A stretch of 64,000 nt of DNA from Klebsormidium nitens (Eukaryota; Plantae; Klebsormidiophyceae): NCBI GenBank assembly GCA_000708835.1, contig DF236970.1, positions 1 through 64,000 on the forward strand, read 5' to 3'. The position numbers and the translations under genes were made by a program. Below the pieces are notes generated by a model that saw only the letters and a list, made by a program, of their open reading frames with translations, did no database searches and was not told where the DNA came from. How positions within the stretch are numbered: the stretch's first letter is position 1; the number at the start of each line of letters is the position of its first letter. Shown here one piece after another: positions 24,218 through 34,875 of this stretch.

Positions 24218-25465
24218 ATGGCAGGCGGCAGGACACCCATGGCGCTTCAGTACTTTATTCACACCCTCCTTCGGCAGGTTCATGAGCTGGGGAACAAACT
24301 CAAGATTGATGAACCAGACTCCGTGGCCGCCAATGATCTTTCTGAAGAGAAAGCAATCTTCCAACTCAGTCTCAAGCAACTGGAAGCCCTCCGAGCCCCT
24401 CTCCAGGAAAGCGGAACTCTGTGCGAGAGACTTGCAGAAGATCCAAAGCAAGCCCTTGCTGCAGAGAATCAACTGTGGTATCTGGAACATGCTGTAGGCC
24501 GCGTAGCCGAGTTTCTAGCATGGTTGGAAAAAGTCGAAGCCGAAGATGCAGACAAAGCGTCGTTGCTTCGAAGCCCCGTCAAGGAGATGGAATATTCCAT
24601 TGATCAAGCAGGGGAGTGGCTACTAGGATTCAGGCCCATTGCGACAGAGATGAGAGCTGCCTGTGACTCTCTGAAGCTTGCTATGGAAGCGGAGCCAGAG
24701 GATGAGAGCAGACCAGTGCCAAAGCCTACCAGCGAGAATTCTTCCTCCATCAACAGAATCACAACTCTGATATTAATAGCAGTGGCAATTCTGCTGACAG
24801 GGTCCTGGTTTGTCTTCAGATACTCAACGTGCAAGTGCAAAGAAACGCTGGTGCAAGTACAGGAACAATGTCCAGTAGCAGATGCAAGCCCTGCTAGCAA
24901 TCTCCTGTCCTTGGAGTCTCTGTGCAGCTTCAACTGCAGCAGCATCCAAGTTCAGCAGGCTGCCATGAGCTTCTACTTGAACAAACACAGGGAGGTCCAG
25001 TCTGTTTCCATCCTCAACAGCGTCCCTTCAGGTCCCTGGCCCAACACTTGCGACGTCGCTTTCACTTGGAACCGCAGACTGGATGCTGGGGGAGCATCTG
25101 GAGAAGACTTTAGAAAGTTCCGCTTTGAAGAGGTCTCAGGTCACATGTGCACGTATGTTCCAGCTGCAATGGGATTCCATCTGACAGGTCACAAGGCGGT
25201 AGACGATGGCAAGCTCATTTTCCAGGGGATAGGGAAGTGCACAGGAAAGGTTGACGTGGCAGACTCTGAGGCAGCTTCTAACGAGGGAGCAGCGAAGTGG
25301 AATGGTCGTGGGGTCTGGCCTGTGTGCAGAAACGGCAACAAGTGGAGCTGCGTAGGCGGGCAGTACAAAGACAGATATGCGCACTTTGAAGTTCCTGAGT
25401 GGCATGGGGGAGGATGCAAGTGTGCGACTGGCTGTGCAGAGAAGTGGGCAGAGCATGAGGCATAA
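24218..25465 (+). CDS. Intronless single-pass membrane protein (415 aa): N-terminal amphipathic helical bundle, one TM helix, Cys-rich C-terminal domain
   Basis: Uninterrupted ATG-to-stop ORF of 1248 nt. TM segment ITTLILIAVAILLTGSWFVFRY. I count 13 Cys after the TM. The N-terminal ~160 aa is Leu/Glu/Ala-rich with heptad-like patterning. Confidence 0.8.
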   Translation: MAGGRTPMALQYFIHTLLRQVHELGNKLKIDEPDSVAANDLSEEKAIFQLSLKQLEALRAPLQESGTLCERLAEDPKQALAAENQLWYLEHAVGRVAEFLAWLEKVEAEDADKASLLRSPVKEMEYSIDQAGEWLLGFRPIATEMRAACDSLKLAMEAEPEDESRPVPKPTSENSSSINRITTLILIAVAILLTGSWFVFRYSTCKCKETLVQVQEQCPVADASPASNLLSLESLCSFNCSSIQVQQAAMSFYLNKHREVQSVSILNSVPSGPWPNTCDVAFTWNRRLDAGGASGEDFRKFRFEEVSGHMCTYVPAAMGFHLTGHKAVDDGKLIFQGIGKCTGKVDVADSEAASNEGAAKWNGRGVWPVCRNGNKWSCVGGQYKDRYAHFEVPEWHGGGCKCATGCAEKWAEHEA

Positions 25466-26667
25466 TCAGGATTGCAAGGCCTGTGTAGCTTGTACGTCTC
25501 TACGGCAGTGAAGGGCCTTTATCTTTTGATTGGCAGTGTCACGATCCATGGAGTCCTCATAGTGGCAGTAGAAGTGTGTCCTCAAGTACGCGTTCTGTGT
25601 AGTCATTTATCATGGTCCCGCATCAAAAACAAACAATAGGTCCTCGATGTTTCACATAGATTCAGGTACGTGCTTGACAAAGATTAAAAGACTTTGGGTA
25701 AAGGCTACTGAAGTCGAGAAGTAATCGAGACTGGAGATCAAACCAGCGGCATCTAAGTTGCAGCTACAGTTGCTGTTAATAAGAGTAGTATTCGCGTGAC
25801 TAGCAGATAGTGCTGGTGTTAATGGCCCTTGCACCAACGTTCCTTGATGCATCAACGTCCGCAATTGTAGCTGTTACTGTCCCAATGCTTTTCTCACCAT
25901 GCATTTTTGACTATGAATCTTACATATGGCTTGCTCCTCTGCAGTGTGGCTTTCAAAGCTTGAAGTTTGAATTTGGATCCAAGAAGTCGATTGGAAACTT
26001 GAAACATTCGATCGATCGACTCGCTTCCACGGTACTGGCATCAGTGACGTCGCCAATATCCAACTAACTTTTGCTGAGCATGATATTCAACATAATTTGC
26101 TCGCGATCAGACTCATCGCGACGTCATGTCGCTGAGTAATTAGAGCTAGCTTCAAAAAACGAACTGAATGGAGTTCCGGCCTGTTATGTTCATGCAACAC
26201 GTACGTACGCGACTAAATCGCGCTGCGCTCGTTTCCGACCTAGATTCCACGGGCTCTGCATGGCGCCGCAGCAGTACCATATCATGAACATGACAGAGAT
26301 ATGTGCATGGAATGTTCAAAGGTGAAGCTCTGTAAAATGATTGCTGATGGCACTGACACGCGTCATGATCGTCGTCAATGTGCAATCTTGTCGCGACGAC
26401 GCGCCGTTAGAAAATTCGCCGGATCGTCCATACATGAAGCGATTGCATCATAATGACGGTAGGCTTTGGGCCGCTAAGCATAAGGACGGGTGGCTTATAT
26501 CCACTGTTGTTCCGAACTGGTCCACCTATGGCACCTTCCGGACTTCGCCCCTGATGGAAGATTTTTAAGTCTTTCTATCAGCGTTCAATGACTACACTCA
26601 GGATCCTATCAAATATTTGTCATCTTTACCTTACCATCCTCGCAACACCAGTTCGACCTTGTTCCTC

Positions 26668-29600
26668 CTATACCAACTTGAAGCTCAGTACGTGTGTCGG
26701 CAAAATATACGAATCCAGATTTTCTAGCCACACAACGAACCTCGTCGGATCCGCCCTGTTATCTGTCCCTGTATCATACAGTGCGCTACTTGGCCGCGAT
26801 TGTTGGCTCTCAAACGGCACCACTTCGGAAGTTCCCAGAATCACTTTACACAACAGCACGTGCCGGTCGCCTTGCGCATCTTCCGTGGCGAATTCGGTGG
26901 CGGTGTATGCTCGCCGCAGCGGTGCAAAGTACACCCCGTGGCCTGCAAAATACAAAGGATGAGCCACAAGAAAGCTTTTGCGGTAAACCGAGACCGTAGG
27001 GGTCACGGTTAAGGGGTTACGAACGTCAAAGCCACAGCTGCGAGTACTGCTAGTTCTCTCAGGCTGGAAAGCAGGAACATGTCTATGCTTCAACCCGCGT
27101 GTCCGAATATCATTTATGAAAAGGGTCCTAATCAACATTGTCTGGACTTATGTCACGGATGACTACAACATCCGGCCGCCAATGGCCGTGAGTGCGAAGC
27201 GCGACCCTATCAACCCCCAAAAACGGCTCTCAAAACGAGGACCCCAACACGCCACTCACGCCCCAGAGAGACACCACGCTTTGCAGCGATGACGTAAAGC
27301 GTCCGCGGTTTAAGCGTGAGTCCTCGCCTTACAAGCTGGTTCTGCTGAACTCGCAGGATTCTGACCGCTAGGGCTCACTGAGATATACGTGCAGAGTTAG
27401 GCTTTTCAATCCACGGCCTCAACTGATAAATTGTCGTCGAATCAGGTGTCTCCAGGGGATTGAGACTCTCACCGTACAAGTTGCCGTTCCGCGTCCAGGG
27501 GTTGAGCGTGAAGCCGCCCGTGACGATGCCCCCGATGTTCTCCAGCTTGGTCCCGTGCCACGCGCGCACCTCGTTGGCGCTCCCGCGCACCAGCGCGCGC
27601 TCCACCTGAGGAAACGTTTGCCTCGCAGTTCGACCCCTGAACCCTATCCAAAATTTCGAAGCATTTGTATCTTGGCTAGCGCGCTCTCATTTTGAGAACA
27701 TGTACGCCTCACATTGAACTCCTGAACATTAATTGAAGAATGTTGACGGTTCAGTTGCCAGCGCGCTCGACCGGAGAAAGACGTATGCCTCGCAATCGGA
27801 CCCCTGGGTGAAGCCTGATTTTTTAAAGATTTCGACCTGTAAATTGCTCTGAACGCTCTGCAACCGACCAAAACGTCTCCATCACTTAACTTATCAACAA
27901 ACCCGCTACTTGAAAACGACACAGGTAGGCAAATTTCAAGGGGTCGTAATATAAGACATTCTGCAACTTAGCCAGAATCTCCGACGGTCTGCATATTGGC
28001 GCCACCGCGCATAAGCGCGCTCGACCTGAGAAGACGTATGCCTCGCAATCGGAGTCCTGAACCTTAGACATAATCTCCAACGCTTTGCATTGTGGCGCTA
28101 CCGCGCACCTCCTTTTGAGAACATGTACGACTCACATTGAAATCCTGAACACTACCGGACGTTGTCGACGACTCAATTGCCCGGTTACCGCGCACCCTCA
28201 ACCCCGAGAAATAGAAGCCTTATGCAAGGTCTCATAGCTAGAAGTGAAAGCATCGATGTTTCGTTCTTTCAGCGCTTGACCAAAATAAGGAGAATACTCG
28301 AAACCAGACTCCCTCTGCGAGCGGTCGGCTTGTTCAAGGAGGCAATCGTCCAGCTTCGTGAGCAAATAAGGGTAGGTTGTTAGACGTCTGCGGTCTCCAA
28401 GCTTACGCTAAAACGCATAAGTAGCGGGCAACAGGAAGAGTCGGGGTTCCGCAGCCAGACGACGATCTTTTGATGGAGGTTTTAACTTTTAGGAGCCCCC
28501 TCATTTCCTTTCTCTCGGACGCCCGCTCCATTTTTGGCAAGCAAGCATCATCTTATGCTCAAAACGTGCCCAGTCTTTGCCGCAGGGAAACGGCCACATC
28601 TGCACCTCCATTCGTTTCTCGCCGAACCGCCTCATAGAGATTTCGAAGCCCAATCCCCGCTTTCGGAAGGTGCTTTCTCAGCTCACCTTTTTTTCCTCGT
28701 ACGTTTGCTCCCTCTCGTTCTCGTGCATAATCTTATGCACGCACGTGATGGCGACGTCGCGCCCCGCGCCGGGCCCCTGCCGCTCCATGCCCAGTAGGAA
28801 GTCCCGAATGACCGTCTGGCACTCGGGGTCTTCTCCTTCCAGCACCTAAAATTCAGAAGTTCGGGGTTTTAATATTGATTTAATGAAATGTTCTGGAGCG
28901 GAAAGAGCTTCTGGTACTTGAAGCCCAATAAGAAGTCCCAGATGACCGTCTGGCACTTGCGGTCTTCTCCTTCCAGCACCTAAGTCCAGTTTCGACAGTG
29001 TGGGTCATCTACTTTCTTGTGCCCGAAACTTTTAAGTATGTAAGATTCGACTCGCACTCGGAATCTTTTCCTACCAGCACCTGAGATCTGGGTGTTCCAA
29101 TTTTTGGGTCCGTAAAGTTCCACAGTCGCAGACTGAATTGAGGTAAGGGATCACGCATGAGCATCAAGCTGTCAGGACTTCCTTCTTTAAGCACCAGAAA
29201 GTTTGCACTCCGCTTTTTGGATTCGAAATAAGCAATAGCATGGCACCGATCAAGGATGCCCCTGGCGGACAGACTCTTATCGCGCAACACAAAAAGGAAC
29301 AAAAGGCCCTTCCTCGCGGAGCTAGATACGCGCCAGAACTTTTTAAGTTGGACGAAATCGCGCTCCAACAGTGCCCAACTTATTGGTCTAGCTTCGTCAC
29401 ACCAAGGAACGGAATGGACTTAAGTACCTGGAAGTGCCCGGGAATCTGCTCCAGTTGCTCTACCACTAGAGGAAGCTCCACCGGGGCTGACGGGCCGGAA
29501 GTGCGCCGCGAGGGGATGGGGGGAGTGCGCTCGGGCCCGGAGGGGGCGTCCAGAGCAACCGGGACGGAGAAGCCGCGGCTCTGCAGAAGAATGATATAAG

Positions 29601-32600
29601 AGCAGACTATGAGCGGAAGAAGAGCGGAATAAGAGCGGATACGGAAGAGAGGAGAGGGGATCAAGAATGACTTATCTAAGCTCAAGGTGGGAATCAGAAG
29701 GGGATTTGTTTACTCTCATATTTTTACGCTATTTCTAAAAGCGTAATGAGAGCGGATACAAGGGGAATGCGCGGGGATCAAGAAAGTACTAAGCTCAAGG
29801 TTCGCGTTGACAGAGGTGGTCCCAAAAAATAATCACGTTGGTCAGAGAATAAGTGGGCAGGTTAGCATAGACGTATTGAGATTACTCAAGCGTAGGAATC
29901 AACCGTGGTTTTTGGTAAGACGTCAGATTACAATCTTGCTTGAAACGGGGAAAACATCGTTTTCATAGCCATCTGGTTAGCTTTGGGTGTTGAAATGGGG
30001 GCCCCTACTTTTGGTTTGACGCCGACGGATGGTTTCAACGAGTGACGATCATGTTCCGGGGAGGATGCTTCAAACAAGAAGAGAACGGGGCTCGTAACTC
30101 TGTCAGCACCCCGGAATGTCAGAAGACCGCACAGAAAACGGATCAGAATCAGATGCATCACAGATGATGCAGTAAAACGGAGTAGCAAAAGCCGTACCTG
30201 GAGGACCCAGGCATATGGCGCCATCTTTTGGGGGTCGATGATGAGCGCCTGGAACGGCTGCGCGGGCATGCGCCACTGCCCCGCCGGCTGCATCATGCAG
30301 ATTGCAGTATGTCAGAATCTTTCCACTTCTAGATTTCAGAGGTCGAATTGGACCGGTTGGTAGCCACGCCTGGGCCGGCAATTACCGCCCGCCGATCATC
30401 ACGCCTCCAACTGCCCAAAGCTTCTGGACGATCGAAATTATACAAGACAACGTCAGAAAGGAAGAATGGAGAACGCGACTTCCGAGCGAGCGTAAGAGAT
30501 GATTACATCCCCTGGAATCGACGGATTCGGTTGATCGATTACTTGATCCTGACGGTCGATTGAAGGGGTTATAAAGGTAAGGGATATTAGGGTGCCGCCG
30601 GGCTCTCCTTTTGTTCTGTCAGTACTTCATCGGCCTGACCGTTGTTGAATGATAAAGGAACAAGATAACGAGAACCTCATATCGTGTTCAACGTCCCAAA
30701 ACTGATTGAGGCAGGCGAAGGAAATCTCGTATCCAACAGAACGTACAAATCTTGCAGCCTGGTGGCAGTAGGTGGGATGCTGATTATATAGGAACGGGTA
30801 ACTCGAGAATGAGAAGAAACACGTACAGTACGAACAAGCCCCCCAAAAGCTCGAACCCCAGAAGCCTACCTGCACCTTCCAGCAGATGGAGCGCGCCATC
30901 CAGCTGGTCGCATTGATCTGGATCATTTGGACAAAGTCCACCACAAACGTGAGCCCGCTGCTCGTTGCGGCAACAGTGAAGTTGGCGCCCTCACCCAGCT
31001 CGAAGCCGCACGTGCGAGCCGCAGTCTCGTCGAAGGGCAGCCTGGCAACAGAATTTGACGTATTCGAAGTTTCTCCTCTAGAAAAGAGACCGCAACAGCA
31101 TGAGTGTGAACAAGTGCGAGTCTGCTCGATGTCACTGCAACCACGAGGTCTTTGCTGTTGCTAAAGCCCAAACCCGCCAACGCGAGTACCCATCACCTTG
31201 ATTGCCATCTTCGCGAAGAGGATAAAGCCATTCAAGACAAGGGCCAGGAAGTATCCCGAAATCAAGATAATTCCAGTGTGAGCAGTCAGATTTGAGCCCA
31301 GTTCTTCTGTTGCACGGGCTTGACCTTGATCTGAAGACTATGATTCGACGAAAGTTCCGTTCCCCAAAAGTTGGCTGTGTTTGCCCAACAAGATTCAGAG
31401 ATTGTCTCGCCTGTTCCCGATTTTAAGAGCAACTCTGAGGTGACTTGTAGTGGCTTTTCAATGTTACGACACAGCGCAAAGAAGCTAGTCCTTTGACTTT
31501 TCAATGAAAAGCTTTCCCGTACCGGCCTGGGAGCGACATTGAGAAAGGATATTCGAAGGTTCTGTCTTATGCTGGAACTCGAATCCAAAGACAAATCCTG
31601 CCTTGCAACAAGTTCAGAAAAGTAGGGACTCTGTCTCTCAATGAACTGCTTTCAGGAGGTCACTTTGACTCCTTACTTGCTCCCCGCCATCATGTTGCAA
31701 GGAACATTCGAATCACAATTCTCTCACCACTCTTGCCCCTCCTTGTATTTGAAGTCGATGGTACAGCTAAGGGCCCTGTCCCGCAGCATCTCCTGGATCT
31801 CGGTGTGGCGGCCCCCATTGGCCAAATGCACAGGCAAGCACCCACTCTGCAGCAGGGGGGGAAAAGCGTAGGCGTGGTCAGCTCTTAACCAATCTAGGTT
31901 AGTGCGCCGGAGAGGGAGCACGCCCATCACTGGAGTGGGGGGATCCGGCCTTAAGAAAGCTTTGGTTGGAATGCCCGTTGACAAGCACGGTCTTCAAGTG
32001 GTGAGATGCTCCAAGCAGGGATTGAATAAACACTCAAGTTTGATCCACTACATTCTGTACTACAGGATACCTTTCAAGTACAACGCCGGGCACTGCCTGA
32101 AGAGAGGAGCTGCTGGCGCCAGCTTAGAAATTTCGAGGACCCTGCTTGTCAGCACACAAAAAACTGCGGTTGCGACCCATTTTGGTTAACACTAACTAAC
32201 ATTGCCACAGGGGCTCCTCCTCAATGCTTCGCACACCAGCAAACTAAAGCGTTCGGTTGTTCTGTTCAACTCTACTGCCTGTCCGTCAAGGGCTTACGGA
32301 CCAAGCTTTTTGAGCCAGCGTGAGCAGGATTCAGGGCAATGACCGAAGAAAGGGACTTTTGTGATATTCCTCTTTTCTTCTCCTACAATGACGTACTGGC
32401 AGTTAGTCTTAAAGCTGCATTGACGGCACATTGGGAGGATGCTCAGCATTCAACAATGTGTCGGGGCTGAAAGGATTGGCCGCTAGCTTATGAAAGCGCC
32501 CCGCCCTTATCTGGTGAGCTTTTGCAGATTCAAAACTTGATTGGGCCCTTAGCCCTACACTAACAAGGAAGACTACAATCAAGAACTGCTGCAAAGCTGC

Positions 32601-33349
32601 CGCACCTTGTTCCTTATGGTGTGGTCAGCGCCCTGGGCCAGGAGCACCTCTGCAATGTCCCTCAGGCCCATCCCAGCCGCGTAGTGGAGAGGCGTATCCC
32701 CCGCCTGAAGAGAAAGATTGAAAAGGTATGATAGAGAATCTGCCTGGTGCAGAAAGTCGAGGGCGCTCCCTCTCATAGAAATGAAACGATCATGATGCAG
32801 ATTGAGGGGCCTGTTTCACAACTTTTGCCTTGGGGAGTGCCCCCAGCTTTACAAGTCACCATTTGAGGTTCTGGAGCTGGGGTTTCCATCAGCAGGATTT
32901 TCCCATGACAGAAGCTGCCCTTTTCGCTGGCAAACCGGGTGCCCCAGCGAAGTTCCTCTACTTGGTATTTCAGCTCATTGAAGTCCGCTAACTGTCTTTC
33001 CAGACTGAAAGCTGAAGCAGTAGAAGGTTGGCATTGTTGATGTCAGGTAGACCCCTTGAAACCCTAATTTTCAACATCGCACCACTGATTAACCCCAATT
33101 GAATGAGACACTCACGTCGTCAATTGCATCAATAGCTGCCCCCTTCTGCAGCAGGAATTCCACCGTAGCGCAGTGCTTTGATTTGACGGCCACGTGCAGA
33201 GGAGTCCTCTTCAGAGAACTCCGCCTGCTGGGGAGGTTTATATTTGCCCCCCCCTGCAATTTTCGCTCGAGCGCCCCATTGTCCCCCTTCCTGGCGAGAT
33301 CGGAGATGCTCGAGCTGAGCCCAATGTCGCCCAGCCGCCTGTAGCTCAT
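26668..33349 (-). CDS. Ankyrin repeat-WWE-PARP catalytic domain protein (SRO/RCD1-like catalytic domain, no RST domain); about 10 exons
   Basis: Exons 33349-33116 (RTPLHVAVKSKHCATVEFLLQKGAAIDAID), 32704-32606 (GDTPLHYAAGMGLRDIAEVLLAQGADHTIRNK), 31846-31728 (GCLPVHLA..; FKYKEGQEW), 31041-30870 (LPFDE...FVVDFVQMIQINATSWMARSICW, WWE), 30287-30198, 29580-29428, 28845-28745, a less certain exon at about 28200-28128, 27605-27473 (VRAWHGT...GGF...NGNLYG) and 26942-26668 (HGVYFAP...RHVLLCKVILG...SRPSSALYDTGTDN..DPTRFVVW....YILPTHVLSFK*). Phases are compatible wherever checked. Confidence 0.82.
27690..28150 (-). repeat. Intronic duplications in the PARP gene, including an echo of the donor at about 28128
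   Basis: ttttgagaacatgtacg(c/a)ctcacattgaa(c/a)tcctgaaca occurs at about 27690 and 28112. cgcgctcgacc.gag(a)aagacgtatgcctcgcaatcgga occurs at about 27763 and 28016. Confidence 0.75.
28790..29086 (-). repeat. Two echo copies of the acceptor and exon start (VLEGEDPECQ..) of the PARP gene exon at 28845
   Basis: On the minus strand, ag|gtgctggaaggagaagac occurs at 28845 (functional) and about 28980, and ag|gtgctggtaggaaaagattccgagtgc occurs at about 29080. Confidence 0.85.
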
Positions 33350-34380
33350 CTTGAAGCCCTTGTGACAGCCCTTAGACGCGTGAGGCCTTGCAGAATGAGA
33401 GAAAAGCACCTTAGGCTTCTTCAAATGTTGAGCTGCTGGACCAGCTGCTGCTCCAGAAGGGCCATCATATGAACTCCATTAATTTAATATGCTCCCAAAC
33501 CCTTTCAAAACCCGGGCAGGTTTCCTGAACCGTTCGACCGTCGCCCGCGCGGCCGCGTCATCGCCGTGTTATTTTTGTAAAGCTCTCCGGCCTGCGCTAA
33601 GTTCCAGATGCAGTCTCTTATTCCCTTCTCTGCCTCAAGATAGGTAGTGTGCAACACAGGAATGGCACAGGTATTTCTGACGTGGGCCTGTGGATGCATG
33701 CTGACCACTGACAGAGCAGGGCTGGTGGGGCACCAATTGGAGACTTTCCTGGTGGAATGGAGGCGGCACACCCTTTGCAGTGAGATGCTTGTGACTGATA
33801 AGCAGCAGCAGAGGGATCGCTGACAGATAGACATGGTCCCCTTCTCCCCTGCCTTGGATTCAGCATACCACCAATCAAATAACGGCATCGATCAAAGAAT
33901 GTCACTGGTAAGTATTGTGTGTATTGTCGCTCCACTGGGCCATTGCTTGCGTGCAAACCTGTACATCTATTGCCTATTCTGTGCGAGCTCCTTGTTCCTT
34001 CTGTCAAGAGCGGATCTCTATCTGCCCTGACTTCGTCCAGCCTCTCTTTCACTGCCCCCTTCTCGCTGACTGTACATGTATTTTGTTGAAAGCGCCGCGT
34101 CATGTTGCTTAATGAGGATGCACTTGATTCGTTCGATGGACAGAAGAGAGGAGCTTTGAAAGATGCAAACAGATGTTCATTGTCAAAGCTCGGTGCTTAT
34201 ACATTTGTTTTGTAGAATTTTAGATACTCCAAGGGGTTTGAACCTAGTCCTCGAAAGGGAGCTTTGCAAATGCTTCTGATCATCCACAGTGGAGACTGCA
34301 TTAGTACGGTCCAAGCCTCATACTTCCTGCAGTCACTAACGGACCAGGTTGTTCCGATCCCTTCAGGTGAAAGTGGCTGA

Positions 34381-34875
34381 ATGCAGAGACGACGCAATAT
34401 GGTAGCAGCTCTACCAACGGAGATGGAAGGGAGACTCGTCAGGAGAAGGGGTCACGAGAAAGAGCGAATTGGGAATGAATGGGAGTTGATGCATAGAGAG
34501 GATGAGGAGAAGGCGGAGGGTGAGCCGTCTGGATTGAAGTTCAAGCAAAGCATCTACGAAGAGTACAACCAGAAAAGGAGGACCGTGCGCCTGAAGAAAG
34601 AAGCACTCAAGGAAGCGTTTGGGAGATTGCAGGAAGTGCAAGCGCGGCTGAGAGAGAGAAACGAGCCTGCATATATAGACCACGACAAAGGGCCCCCTGA
34701 AATCTTACAAAGGGCCTTTGCAGAGCCGAATGCTGCGTCTGATGAACTCGATCAGGCCTTCCAGGAAGCAGAGGACTGTCGGCAGCACCTTGGTGTGAAA
34801 GCTTGGTGGTTGGAAACTGTCGAAAGCTTGGGTCTGAGAGGGACTAGCTGGGGATGGTTCAATTTTTGTACGTAG
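34381..34875 (+). CDS. Hypothetical intronless coiled-coil protein (164 aa)
   Basis: ATG-initiated ORF with E/K/R-rich helical composition (RLKKEALKEAFGRLQEVQARLRE) and purine-rich, coding-like sequence. No family recognised. Confidence 0.45.
   Translation: MQRRRNMVAALPTEMEGRLVRRRGHEKERIGNEWELMHREDEEKAEGEPSGLKFKQSIYEEYNQKRRTVRLKKEALKEAFGRLQEVQARLRERNEPAYIDHDKGPPEILQRAFAEPNAASDELDQAFQEAEDCRQHLGVKAWWLETVESLGLRGTSWGWFNFCT

Noticed and set aside
26341-26568. 75-aa plus-strand ORF (..MKRLHHNDGRLWAAKHKDGW..)
   Set aside because: Too short, no recognisable family, and it lies in the 3' regions of two convergent genes.
33505-34103. 127-aa and 161-aa minus-strand ORFs upstream of the ankyrin exon
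   Set aside because: No motif and no convincing splice link. An in-frame stop lies upstream of the ankyrin frame, so the ATG at 33349 was preferred.
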